Shown here: positions 23,771 to 37,905 of the stretch, piece after piece
Position numbering within the stretch: the first letter of the stretch is position 1
Layout: each line of letters opens with the position of its first letter
Assembly: GCF_030684315.1 (NCBI RefSeq)
Contig: NC_081378.1
Location: 45,922,307-45,986,306 of the forward strand
Reading direction: 5' to 3'
Length of the DNA: 64,000 nt
Source of the DNA: Stegostoma tigrinum
Lineage: Eukaryota
Notes under the pieces: model-generated
Databases searched by the model: none
What the model saw: the letters and a program-made list of their open reading frames with translations, nothing else
What the model was told of the DNA's origin: nothing
Program-made: the position numbers and the translations under genes

Positions 23771-26759
23771 TTCTCATTAGTTTTGAGGGATATCTGCTGA
23801 AAATATAAGATGCCTCTTACCTTTTAGAGGCTTTCCCATGTCGACTGTGTTCCCAGTATTGTTTGTATTTTTTTGTAGTGACCAACACACATTGGGAATT
23901 AGTAGTAGATTTTATTGGCACATGTACTCCAGTACAGGGATATGAGTGAAAAGTGTACAAGTTTGCCTTTCCTGGCACCATCTTGGGAACAAAGATACCT
24001 AGGTATAAAATCTTAGGTACATCTGCAGTGGTGGATTTATTTAGGTCAGTTATTTTTTGGCAGACTGGCACGTTTGATATTTGAGAAAACCTCTACTTGG
24101 AAATAAAAGATGTCTTGATATTGTAACAATGTGTCATTCAGTTCATTTGATAGCAGTCTGGCTTTGTACCTGAAGTTGTGTGCTTAAATACCACAGCAGG
24201 ACTTGAATACATGACCTTTTTGCAAGTCCAGTGTAGTATTAAGTGAATGGTAAATTTAGAATTATCAAGTATCTGAAGATAAAGTAGGATTGTATCTTCT
24301 TGTTGGACCAAGTTTAAAGGTCTATGATGCAGTTTGTAGCGAGTGCTGCAAGTTCTCCTGATACCCGAGTTATATTCCAGTCTGAACCAAAAATACCAGA
24401 AGTGGATAATTGATCATTCATCTTGTTGGTTTCAGTGTCTTGCTGTGTGTGATTGACTGCTGCATTTGACAACAGAACAGCAACACTGATCACACTTTAG
24501 ATGTAATTTGTTGTTTACGAAATGTTTTAGAATGTGCCGAAGATGTGAACTTTTGCGTTGTTGCTAATCTTTTCCTTGTACTGCAGTGTTCTCATCTGCC
24601 TTTATGATATTCAGCATTCTGCATTTTAATAACTTTCCATTCATGCGAATGAGGGGAAAATGAGTTGTGAATGATTGCCAAGTCCAAATTCAGTAACCAA
24701 CTCTACGTTGTGATTGTCGTGTGCTGCAGTAGGTTGAAGTGGTATTGGTTAGAGTAGAAGAATTAGTCATTGCAAAAAACGTTTTATTTTAAATTAAAGT
24801 GACCTTTCAAATTGGAATAATCCAAAACACACAGCCATAGACTGATCAGTAGCACATTGACCTTATCAGAATTTCTGCTATATATTCAGATAAAGTGTCT
24901 CACAGTCAAATCCAATTTATATTGACTTGATTGTGGACTACCATGCAATGGTAGAAAACATTATCTTCCCTACACTTTGTAAAATGCCCTTCTAAGATAA
25001 TACTTCCTGGAGGTCCATATTCAAAATCCCAATCTCAGTTCACAGCTCCTTTTTATGTTTAAACGACCCACTGCTTTGCATTCTGTTCATTTTTGCCTTT
25101 TGTTTAAATGAACCTTCAAGAAAATGTGTTTACATAATCAAACCATCTAACACTTTGAATAATGAATTTACTGGTGCTATGCGACTTGTTAACAATTGTT
25201 CCGTTAAATATCTTTAAAGCTGACGATATCATAAAGGAGGCTGAGCATGAAGTACGTATCTTGTTATATTTTCATAATGGTCTTGTTTGCATAACCTGGA
25301 GGAAAAGCTGCTTCCTATAGCAGTATAATTTAGCATTCTTTTTAAGCAATGATATGTTGTGAACTTAAAACTATAGAGCAAAGAATTAGTTCCTCTGCCA
25401 CTGGCTAGAACTATTTCACAAAGGACAGCTTATAGCACAGTTGCAGGGATTATTTGCTCAGTTTGCTATCCATTGTGGTTGATAAATTGAAAATGACCAT
25501 TGGCACACCTGTAATTTTTCAGCAAGCTACTTGCTGCATTTTAAACCCTACCCCTCTTTTCTGAGATCGGAAAAGATCTCAAAGTCTTTACTGTTTCTAA
25601 CTGAAATGAATTTGTTTTTCCCCATCTATTGCCAGGTTTCGGCAATCTGATTTGTTATTCCAATTGATTATTGGAATGCTTCAGCTTTTAGATTTTAGCG
25701 CATGCTGCAAATGCACAAGGGTTAGTCATGAGTTTAAATACCGATAACATTCATTTTTAATGGTGCAAATATTAGTACCACTACCAGTTTCTTCCAGGAA
25801 GTAATTCAGCGCATGAACCTATTAATTTGAAATGTATGGGCTGAGATGCTTGACTGAAGTATCCCTGAGCCATGCATCTTCCTTGTTTTGGGAAAATAGG
25901 CTAGGAACCTTGGGGATTTATTTAGTGCAAGCTGTTGGGAATTGCACTGTACTTCCCCTTCTATCTTGCCCAGCTATAGGTTAGATTTGAAATCCTACTG
26001 TGTAGAATATTTTCGGCGAAAGTCTGTGCCTTGCTTATCTGATCAAATTCATTACGGTCTTTTCATCTTTGCTGCTACATTAGATTATGGATTTCTGTGC
26101 TTTTACATTTTGTTTAAAATCTGAAGGCTAACTGCTTGAAAGCTGTTGAGATATGTTGGTGGGGATTCATCAAAGAATTTAACTAGCTTTTACTTATGAT
26201 TAATTATGGAAAGGAAGGCTGAAAATATTTGGGTAAAGGAGAAGACCAGTGTTTACAAAATGAAAGATACTAACCGTAGAGATAAATTGCTTGATGCCTA
26301 TGCTGTGGATATCTAAGATATTAGGAATTGAGAATAACATGAAACAAAAAGGAGACCATCTGGAAATAATCAGGTCAGGCAGCATCAATGTATAGAAGGA
26401 CAGAATTAACATGTCAGATTAATCTGTAATATATTAAAAAAGCAGAAAAGTCAAACCATTCATTTCTTCAAAATTATATAATCTTGTTTAATATTAACCG
26501 TTCCAGATGAGGTTCAAGGATACGTTTGTTTTGGTTTGAAACCTAAGATCACTTTTTTATATAGGAAGGGAGCTTCCATTTGGAAAGTGTTATTTGTACT
26601 CATTTGTTATTAAACAGTGCAGCAAGGAGAGCTGTGGATATGCATTTAATTGTCACCTGATTTAGGACAACTATGTCAAAGTCTTTGAATATTAAACATA
26701 ATGAAATAACACCTCTTGGTTGTATTTTAGCTAATTACAGTTTCCTTTTGTTTTTGCAG

Positions 26760-26798
26760 TTTGTAGATAAAGTTGGAGACAGCAACAGCATGGTATAA
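26760..26798 (+). CDS. GOLT1B: GOLT1B exon 5 (terminal coding part)
   Basis: tttttgcAG then FVDKVGDSNSMV-TAA. The five exons sum to 417 nt = 138 aa plus stop. Confidence 0.96.
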   Translation, partial: FVDKVGDSNSMV

Positions 26799-27690
26799 CA
26801 GAGACTGGATGGACAACTACAGAAGCATACTGTATAATTATATTTATAAGGTTTACCTAAGGAAAACATTTCTAAATTTATATTTTACTGAGTTACCTGT
26901 GTAGGAACAAATAAAACTTGATAACGTTCTTTGTACCAAGCTACTTTGTTAGAGAGGAGAGGTGGTCATGGCATTGAATTCCACTCTCTTCAACCTGTCC
27001 TCCCCTCCCCATTGTTCCAGCTGTCTTTTCATACAGAATGCCTGAAGCCACAGCCTCCAGCAGAGAGGGCAAGGTAGGCTGGAATGTGGGCTGAACCACT
27101 ACCAGCATCCATGCTGCTCGTTGATCAGCAGGAAGGAAGTGAGCCTTAAACTGGCTGAGTTGGACCAGATAAGACCAACTAAAAAGGAATATCTTTCTAT
27201 TTAAACCTTATTTGATGAAGGCAAGCAATTATTGAAATACTAGAAGGACCCTGACCCACCTGGCCACTTTTTTTGGTTTGCCATTTAAGTAATACAACAC
27301 TTGAATGGGCACACCTTGTCCCATTTTTCACTTAAAAATACATGTGATCTTGATCTTTTAAATAAAAGTAAATAGCTTTCATTTCTGATTGTCTTAGCCT
27401 TAATTGTGTGTGTCTCACTGCAGTTATTTTTGATCACTTTATTGTCTCTTGTGTTGTACCTGTATCTTTTTATGTGAAAGATCAGGTTAATGACGAGTTT
27501 TATCTTTCATGACTGCCTCACTTGGCAGGGATTTTGTGCAAATTAACATGACTGATGTATTATGTACCTTTAGCAGACGGTGATTACAGTTGTTAAAGCA
27601 GATTTTTTTTAGGTTATATTTTCAAACATGAACATTTTTCTTGGTGTTAAAACTAATGTAAATAAATGTTTGAAGCAAATGATTATCACT
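26799..27690 (+). terminator. GOLT1B: GOLT1B 3' UTR with candidate poly(A) signals
   Basis: AT-rich unique sequence with AATAAA at ~26910, 27361 and 27661. The true end is unknown. Confidence 0.5.
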
Positions 27691-30600
27691 TTTTTTAACA
27701 AAATGTGCCCTTAATATGACAACACTTACAACAGTGAGTTGTTAAAACTGAGAATCAATATGTTTTGCTTGTTCATGTAGGTTTGTGTAAGGCCTGTACT
27801 TACCTGCCAATGGAAGGAAAGTTTGTTTTTTTATAAAGTGTCCTAAAAATAACATTGTCTTCCAATGGTACGGTTTTGTTCTTGACCAAAAGGAAATCCT
27901 ACAATGGAAATTAACCTTTGTGATCTTTTAGAAAAAGAGATTAATAACATCCAAACTGGTGTATCAAAATTTGTCTGAAATCTTGGAAAATCTGATGTAA
28001 AAAAAATATATTGAATCTTTGTCTATATGGATGCCTGTTGCCTGTGTAACTTCTAAAATGAGACAGTATGAAAACACCAGAGCTGCTGGTCTAATTTTCA
28101 TAACCTGAAATGGTATTTATACATGTATTTACATAAGGAACTGTCTAAGGTGCTAGTTTGACCGGGAGCAGAAACTAGGGGCAAGTTAATAAAGAATGAA
28201 ACCAAGATGGTGTACTTTAGGGAAAAGAAAATTTGATTTTCTTTCATTTTTATAGATGAGTTTAATTTGACTATGATTCTGTATTGTGCACCAAAACAAT
28301 ATTACAAGTTTAAAGTACTCATTCCAGACCAAAGTTCATAGAACGCATTTGTGACATTTAGGGCAGCTGCTGAACATGTTAAGAGTTGCACTTTTTGTAC
28401 CCTACTGCCCTTTGTACCCTTTGAGACTAGAAGTAACAGCATTGTGCATCTTTTCTAAATTGCAGAAAGAAAACAAAAAAATGCCCATGGTTTTTTCTTG
28501 TACTGAAAATTTTGCATGTATTTATTATATCAGTCTCTCCAAACATACACTTTCCACTGAACATGCTTCTTAATTTTTTGCATTTAATTTTTTTAAATTG
28601 TAGGTCATAAGTCAGGAAATTTTGGTGTGAATATTATTTTCCATTTTATGACTATGCAGTTCTTTCTGCCATGTCAGTATGTGTTGAAAGAAATCTTTGA
28701 TTTGGAAAGCAGAAGATATCCCGACTAGTATGTTCCATGGTGAATATAATGTCACCAGGTTTGTAGAAGCACAACTCTCAAGTCCAGCTTGTCATCTGTA
28801 TTTATGGGTTTTTAAAAATTGCTTGAGAATCAATCATACTTATCTCAGCAGCCCTCAGGCAGGTGGTTACTTGTGTAAATTTACCTGGTGCAAATTTGTA
28901 TAGTTTTTCTAAGGTCATGAATAGAACTGTTGATCTGTTCTGGTGAGTTAACTAAAATAAACCAAATGTTGGCAAAACAGTGGATCTATAATGTTTTAAT
29001 ACTAGATAAAAATATGTAACCATGAAGTGATATTCTGAAAAATTTGAGTCCAGTTTATGTGGCCAGCCTTACAGGGCTTGTTTTCCAAAGATAGGATTGA
29101 TCACTAAATTGATGCTGCAGATATATTACAGCTTGATGAATTGCTGAACACAACAGGAGAAAAGAGTAAAAACAGATTCAGTATAACTTGTAGTTGACAA
29201 TTTAAAAAATCAGTTTAACTGAAGCCACTCCTCTTCTGATAGAAGTCTGAATCTAAAGCAAGATATGATTTCTCAAACATATGCAATGCAGTTTTCCAAC
29301 TGATAATATTAAGATTCTGTAGAAATCTGTTGTATTTTTCTTAAATTCAATTCTTAGATTGTCATCTTGTGATCTAGTTGTACTACAAAGCAGGAACTTA
29401 CTTCATTGACTGTGACAGTAGGCAATTGCAAAGGATATTAGGAGAATTAGCCACAGTCGTGATGTTGAAGAGAATTTTTTTTTGCATAGTTTTGAAAGTT
29501 GGGTGATAGAAATCATATTAGAACAGTTTAACAAGAACTCCCAAGTATGGGAGACTGATGTTTTAATTCTGAACCACTGATTTGAGAGAGAGAGAGACAT
29601 CTGCACGTAAGCCAAGCTGAGAAGGAGGAAGGTGCAAACCAGAACACAGATTTGTGCAGGAAATGTGTGAATGTGTCAAATCCTTGTTCAATCTCTGATA
29701 GGCTCCAGTGAGGTAATGGAGATTGGCAATGACAGGACAGATTGAACTTTTTAGTACAGGACTTTCGTACATGATAGGATGAGAATGTTGGAGTAATCCA
29801 GAGGCTATTGGAAACTTGAGGACGGAGTTTCAGTGAAGGTGAAGTTGGGACAGAGGCGCATGAAGTTGCAGAGGTGGAAATCTCAGTTCATGGTCAGACA
29901 ATGTTGAGTTTATGCACCATTTAATCCAAATTCAAAATAGATGCACTAGGGAACTATGGATCAATTCAACCACACTGAAACATAGAGGTTTTACTTTGCC
30001 ATTGTTTGACCTGAAGAGAGTGATCATCTATTACAACTATTGAACTGAGACAAAAAAGTAGAGTTATATTTTAAGGTGAAGGCAGAGTTAGAAAATTGAC
30101 TGATTAACCTTCAGCTGCATGAACCACAGGCTCTGGGATTCTCTTCTGAAGTATCTCTGCCTTTTCGAGATCAGTCCATCTCTTGGATCAAGCATTTGGT
30201 TGCATGTCCTAATGGTTCTGTAATTCAGTCCCAAATGTTGTAAATTCTGGTTTGAAGTGCCTTGGGTAATTTTTTTCGCAAATTAGAAGTGCTCTCTAAA
30301 GGCCATTACATGCAAACGTGCTAACTTGGAAAATTAGCAAATGCTGACAGACCAATCAAGGCAGGCCCAAATTAAGGGCAAGGGATCTATGCAGATGAAT
30401 TAGACTGAAAATGCAGTGGCCATTAGCTAATTATAATTTAAGATTCAATAATCCCATCATTTCATTCCCTTCCCTTCTAGAGGAATAAACTGCTTCAAAA
30501 TAATGAATATCAGTGATGGATTTAGATAAAAGTGCAAAAATCCTTTCTCTTGGCCAATTAGCAGCATCTGAAATTTGAAAGTAAAAGTAGGTCTGATGAT

Positions 30601-32013
30601 TGCAGTTATGTTTTGGCCTCTGGTAAATCTGAGCTCAACTATATCATTTGGATTTGTGAACCAAAATCTTTAATAATAGTCCGATGACATATACAAAACT
30701 GTGCACTCAGTCCCTGCCCTGACCCAACTGCAGCCTGGAGGCAGTTGTGGGATGATCTGCATTGAAGGTACAATTTGCTGATTTTTAACAGAGATTACTT
30801 CTAGATACATTTTGGAGGGGTAAAGCTGTTTGTATGACTGAAATAATTGTATGATGGATTTCTGATGAAGGGCCACCCATACATTTTAGCCTGTTTATTT
30901 CTCATGCCGAATTGCTGTATATTTAAGTTATTTTCTGATGTGAGGCTAATAATTGCTGTTGATTATGGTATGTTAATGCATCACATGCACCTCTTACATT
31001 TCTCTGTTATTTTAAAGGGGTTAGTGCATATGAAGTGAAACAGGATACATCAGTAGACGTCATTAGTAATTTCTGTCCAATGGTTTCTCTGACTGACTGG
31101 AAATAAACATTTGACTTGAAACCTTAATGTGTGAAATCATGTTTTCCAAGAATAAATGGGGGTGCAGTTTGTGTTCATTCATGGTCTTTTAATACTAAAC
31201 TGGAGATAAAGGTATTGTACTCTACTTACAAGTAAAACAACCACTAATTTTCATTCTATGTTAATTTCTGAGGAGGCATTCACATCTTACAATAACCATT
31301 TGAAAATTTAAATTCTGATTTTTACATTAAAAACACCCAGAAATTTAAAAGCTAGCATGTGTATAAAATTAAACACTAGCTGTTGAATAATTGTAAAATA
31401 CCAGCTACCTCACTAATTTCATTTGGGAAGAAACCCGCCATTCTTTCCCAATCTGACCTCTGCCCCTCATTCAACTCTCTCGCACTCTCGCGCGCTCTCT
31501 CTCTAATCTGTTTGACTTTTTACTATCCTCCAAAGTGGCCTAGCAAGCCACTCCCAGGCAATTTAGAATGGACAGTAAATGCCGAGAGTACATTTTCAGC
31601 CGTGATCCTTGCTGTCTTTCCCTGTCATTGTTTACAGCTTTGGTAGAGATTGTGGTTCTATTTCCCCATGAAAGGATGGTAACAAAAGGATCACAAGAAC
31701 ACCCTGCTTTGAGTTTGAAAAAGAAACAAAAATTTGTTCACAAAATTGTCCACTGCCCACCTCAAGTATAATATTGCATTGTAGTAAAGTCTTAACTCTA
31801 TACCTTTGAAAAAGAATTGGTAAAACTGTGTCATTCCTTGACAATTCCACAGTAATAGTTAATGAATTCATGGTAAATCAGCCCTCTGTCTCAAAGTGTG
31901 AACAGTACAGGACATAATTATAACTGTGTGTAAAACACTGATCATTGGTTAGGCTGGAGCAAGCAGCTGTGAAGAAAATTTATTTCTCCCCAAAAGCTGT
32001 TCTCTCAAGAAAT

Positions 32014-32177
32014 AGAGATAACCAGGTGTCGAGCTGGATGAACACAGCAGGCCAAGCAGCATCAGAGGAGCAGGGAGGCTGATGTTTTGGGCCTAAAGGG
32101 CCTAGGCCTGAAACGTCAGCCTTCCAGCTCCTCTGATGCTGCTTGGCTGCTGTGTTCATCCAGCTCTACACCCTATG
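32014..32177. repeat. Palindromic Penelope-derived family A insert
   Basis: Inverted arms gagctggatgaacacagcaggccaagcagcatc; AAGAAAT on both flanks. Confidence 0.75.
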
Positions 32178-35100
32178 AAGAAATCGTAGGCAAACTCTTA
32201 ATTGCTAGTCCCGACCTATTATTTCATCTTGAATTATATCTGCCTCACATTTGTGCGTAACTAGCTTGCATAAAGTAATATTGGATTGCTCTAATTAACC
32301 TTCAGCCCATCGTTCATTCAATCTACTTTATCCAGGCACCTCTGAGTGGAGTGGGGGGGAGGGGGGGGGGCTGTGTTTTCCCTGTTGTGACAACATCTAG
32401 ATGTGAGATTGTTGACTGAGATACGGCGATGTTGGTTAGTACACAGCAAGGTCTTTATTGGAACAAATAGAGGTGGACTTACAGTAATCGATGGGCCAAA
32501 TGGCCTTCCTTCCACTCCTATGTCTTATGGTCTTATAACCAGTGTGAGGATGCTAAAGTCATTAAAATCACACTGGACTCATACTCTGAAAGCTCTGGTC
32601 TTGTGGGTTCAAAGGGCAACTGGTGGAATTTGAATTCAATTAAATATCTGCAATATAAAGTGAGTGGTGGTAACCCTAAAATATGATGAATTGTGGAAAA
32701 TCTGGTTCATTTAATATCCTTTTAAGGCAGGAAATTGGTGTTAATTGTTCTGCCTTACATGTGGCACCAAACCTACTGAAGTAGCCAAGCTAGAGGATCA
32801 TATTAAGGCCAACAATGCCTAATCCCATGAAACAAAGATTGATTTGTATTTTAAACCCATTAATCTCCCATCTAAAACAACAGACTAAATTATCAGGAGA
32901 AAAACCGAATATAGCTAAATTAATAATATCAAACTAATACAGAGGGGAAAGATCCAAGGACTAGCCTCTGATTTCTTTGTTGAAATGATGCCCAAAGTGG
33001 ACTGTAGGGAAGGCTTCACCTATCTCTAGAGGGAAATGTGACATACTGTCAAAGAAAGGGTGATTGTTTAAGCTCAAAAATATATGAAAGAACCTGGGTG
33101 TTCTTGTGGGCTGGTCACTGGAAGCAAGCATGTCAGCAAACAGTCAGCAAGACAAACAACATGTTGACCTTTGCAGAATAGTCATACTGTATTTGTGCAG
33201 GCCTTTGGTGACGCCTGCTTTTTTATTTACAGGTTTGGTCTCCTATCAAAGCCAGGGGCAAGTTTTTTTTTAAAAAAAACCTGCCATTATGGCACTGCAG
33301 TAAACTTGGTGCGCAATGTGCTCAGCCATTGTCATAGCCAAAAGAATTAATAGAACTCTTGCCTCAGCTATAATTACCTTGTGCTAATCCTGGCAGTGTG
33401 TTGAAATATTAGTGGGCTGGTCTGAGCCAAATAATGTGTGAGATGGTCATGTATGGGAAAGGTGGAAATTGCAATGGTAATTTCCATTCATTGAAACATG
33501 GAATTGTCAATGCCAACTTGGCTCAAGAGAAGAAAGATTTTCTGGGAATTAAGAGTTTTGCATTGATGCTACTATGGTATTGCGGTGAGTAAACTGTATT
33601 GTTCACATGAAAACTTTATATTTGGGATATTTCAAATCCTTTTGTCTTGTGGCACATTTGGTAAGCATTACTGACAGTTCTCTTATCTATGTTTTAAAAA
33701 AGGTCAAAGCAGTTCTGCTCTAGGGAAAGGTTTCCATTTATCCTAATAGCAATTGACATTTTTGATTTCTGAACATTGCAATTACCTCCCTGCTTCCTCA
33801 GAATGTGCAATTATAGTCACACAAAAAAGTTGTGTTTCTCTTCATCATTGGATGTCTTAACCTTTTCTTGTATTCTGCTGGATCAGCATTGTCTGGCATT
33901 CGACAAAGAAAAGTTCAGTTTTCAGTTTTCTCTTTATTTAAAGATTGATATTTTAAGTAAAAAGTTTTCTTGGCCGTTTGATTATAATATTACAAAGAAT
34001 ATTGGTGACAATATTATCATCTCAGTTTTGCTCTGTGGTAAAGAGGTGGTGCTCATCTTACACTTTACTGACTTTCTCTGCGTTTGTCCATGAAAAATGC
34101 TTCTGTTTCAGCATCAGGTTCAATGTGACACACTTTACAGGGGTGAAATCAGAGTAGACTCCGAACCAGCAGCTTAAAGCAGAAATTATAAATTTGATTG
34201 AATTGATGCACAAAGCAAAATTTAAGAGGGCATGAGACAGATGAAGTTAAAGAAAAAATGAGACACAGAAGCTAAGCAAAAGTTATTTTTTAAAAAACAA
34301 ACTCCATTTGTTCTGAAGGAGTGAAATTCTACATTTGTAAACGTCATTATCGACGGCTCAAGAGGTTGTTCTGTTGTAATTGTCACTTATCGTGTCATTT
34401 AAATTCCCATTTCCAAAGACATTAACCACATGTTTCAGATTCTTAAAGTATCGAAATGGTGAACAAATACAACAAGTTCATGCTATTTCAGCCAGAATCC
34501 AAGGGAAAAGTAAATAAAAACAGAGGTGGTCCATAAATCATTTCAAGCATACTTCAACATTCAATAAAATCATAGCTGATCCTAGAATTCAGCGCTACTT
34601 ACTTGTCTGATTCCCATATCTTAGCTTCCTTTTACAGACCAAAATTCTAATGATCCCAAATTTCAATACGTTTAATAATGTGTTTCCTCTAGGGTAGAGA
34701 ATTCCAAAGATTCACAACCTGCTGAGTGAAGATTTTCTTTCCCCCTCATCCCAGTCTGAAACAGCTGACCCCTTTCTCCTGAGACTCTGCCTCTAGTCAG
34801 GAAACATCTTCTCAACTTTCACCCAGTCAAACCGTCTGTATCATGGTGTTTCAATGAGATTACCTTACTGTTCTGAAAGAGTATAAATTCATTCTGAACA
34901 ATTCCTTCTCATAAAAAAATCCAATTTGTACCACTTCACTCTTAGCTCTCTGAAAATGATATTACTGCATGCCTCACCAATGAAATATCTTGTATATTAA
35001 GTACCTTTTATAAGTTTGTAAAAACTGTTAATTATTGTTAAACAACATGCCTACCACTGAAAATTACCTAATAAATGGGGGAGTCTCATTCTTTGAATTT

Positions 35101-35859
35101 TTAATTGCTGTTTTAGAAGGCATTCATCCGACTGAATGACGAGGAAGTAAAAGTGGTAAAGGATGGAGAATCCAGATCAAATTACCTTCTGCAAAAAGCT
35201 TGAAGCATCAGCATCCTGGGGGAAGTTCTCTGTACATGGCCAGCAAATGGATCACAATAGCACTAACAACCATCTGAAGGCTTGGGGATGAGTATAAGTG
35301 ATTGTAACAATTTGGTTAGGACTGCATTAGTAATAGATGTGATATGAGGAGTGGACACTAACTTTTACAGTTTAAGTTGAAGTTCCCAGTTGTGATGCTG
35401 CCCAGCAGATATTTAAATGCTGAGGCATAATGGAGAATAGCTAATCTCCATGGTGCATCTGAGACCTAACAACGTAGGAAAGAAAAAGGATCAAAATCTG
35501 GACATTATGAAGTCAGTGATCGCTTGATCATTCCCGCCAATACATGCTTGAGTAGATCAGAAAACACAACATATGCTTAAGAATGGTCAGGAAGAGGGTT
35601 TCATTTTTAAAAGTAAGTGACTCCAGATTCAGGGAAGATTGGAGGTGTTTCCCAAGGATTGACTGCATTTGAACCAAGAGAACAAATGAATTGTCAAAAT
35701 GGACAATGGGGAATGGCCACTAAGCCATTGAGAAGGAAGAGGGGAGAATAGTAAATATGCAATCAATGTGGGCAAGTTAGAGCATAGAAATAAATGAGAC
35801 CAGTATATGGTGAAAAGACTTAACAAAAATATTAACATGCAGAAGGAATAATGGGTTTG

Positions 35860-36650
35860 GTTTTATTCACTAGTGTGTCACCAGTTGGGCCAGCGTTTCT
35901 TGCCCTCCTTTAGTTACCTTTGAGAAGGTGGTCATTACCTCCTTGAACTGCTGCAGTAGGTAGATCCACAATGCTGTTAGAGAGGGAATTCCTGGATTTT
36001 GATCCAGTGGCACTGAAGGAACTGCAGTATATTCCCACGTCAGGATGGCGAATGGCTTGGAAGAAGACTTGAAGGTGGTGGTGTTCCCATATGTTTTCTG
36101 CCCTTATCTTTCTAGATGGAAGTGGTTGTGCATTTGGAAGGTCCTGTCTAAAGATCTTTGGAGAATTCCTGCAGTGCATTTTGTAAACAGTACACACTGC
36201 TGCTGCTGAGTGTTGGTGGTGGAGGAAATGAATATTTGTGGATGTGACACCAGTCAAGTGGGCTGCTTTATCCTGCAGGGCACCAAGCATCTTGAGTATT
36301 GTTGGAGCTGCACTGTCAGGAGAGTATTCCATCACACCATGATTTGTGCTTTGTGGGTGACGGACAGGCTTTGGGGGGGTCAGGAGCTGAGCTACTTGCT
36401 GTGGCAGTCCTAGCCTCTGAACTGCTGCTGTAGCCTCTGTATTTACATGGCAAATTTGATTGAGTTTCTGGTCAATGGTAATCAACAGAATGTTGACAGC
36501 AAGGGAATCTATGATGATAATGCCATTGAATTTGAAGGAGTGGCAGTCAGATTTGTCTTTTATTGAAGATTATCATTGCTTGCTATTTATGTGGCATGAA
36601 TATCACTTGCTACTTTCAGCCCAAGCCTGTACATTGTTCAGGGCTTGTGG
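35860..36650 (-). mobile_element. L2/CR1-superfamily LINE 3' fragment
   Basis: Remnant reading frame TIDQKLN...MEYSP...QDKAAHL...YKMHC. Confidence 0.7.
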
Positions 36651-37549
36651 AGGAAAGAGTTGAATTGACCAGTTACAAAAAGGGAAAAGATGTTAATGTA
36701 CTCTTTCACAGAAGTGGATTTATTACCCATCCTTAATTGCATCTTCAAGGTATTTAGGAGTCAATCACATTGTTGTGATTCACATATAACCCAGGACAGG
36801 TAAGGACAACAAATTTGCATTAATAGTCATTTAGCAATACCGAACTTGAGTATTTCTGACGAAAACACATTTTGTTGAAATTTTTGTATCCTGAGACATG
36901 AACTAGGAATTGGTTTGCACCTATTTTGTGGAGGTGGAACAGGCACGGTGGTGTAGATGTTCTTTCTGGCTACAAAAGACATGGTTGAATGTATTAATAC
37001 ATGTAAAAATTAAAGGCAACGTTTTCATAGTCCTACTGGACCATACAGTTGCTCTTTCATTAAAGAGAGACAACTAGTGGTGGTTTAACCCAAGGGTCAC
37101 CACCTCAAGCAAGGAGAAAGGTTAAGAAGGAAAGTCTTTCCGATAACCTTAGCAGATACAGGAATTGAACCCATACAGTTGGCATCACAGTACATTGATC
37201 AATACATGTAGCTTCCAGTGCACCAAACTGCAAGTCCAACTGACAACTTAAATTTGTTGTTTGTGTAATTCCTTGCATGAATTACAGAATAGTCTTAGAC
37301 CCTATTTTGCAGATTTTGCAAGCTCAGGATAGTTGGTACATTCAATGCTTCGCTTTGTGAACACCTCAAAGGATATGCTGTTCAGTACAACCCATCAGTT
37401 TTGGGATGTACAGACTAGATATTTGGTATAACACTGGCACTGAAATTCACATGCCACATTACTCACTTAGGGGATAAGTTGAGCATCTTTAGTTTGACCT
37501 TTGAATTGGTATTCTTCTGAATTGCCCTGATGATTACGAGACAAAACCT

Positions 37550-37905
37550 TTTTTTATTCATTCACTAGATGAGGGTGGCACTGACCAGGCAGCATTTATT
37601 GGTAATCCCTAATTGCCCAGAGGGCAGTTAAGAGTCACTCACATTGTTGTGGGTTTGGAGTCACATGTGGGCCAGACCAATTAAGGATGGCAGTTTCCTT
37701 CTCTAAAGAATATTAGTGAACCAGATTTTTTTTTCCAACAATCAACAATGGATTCATGTTCAGCATTATACTCTTAATTCCAGATTTCTTTCTTATTGAA
37801 CTCGAATTCCATCATCTGCTGTGGCAGGGTTTGGACCCAGGTTCCCAGAGCATTATCTAGGTGTTTGAATTAACAGTCCAGCAATAATACCACTAGGCCA
37901 TTGTA
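37550..37905 (-). mobile_element. tRNA-derived SINE, same family as 42750-43110
   Basis: Reverse complement of the 42750 copy. Confidence 0.75.
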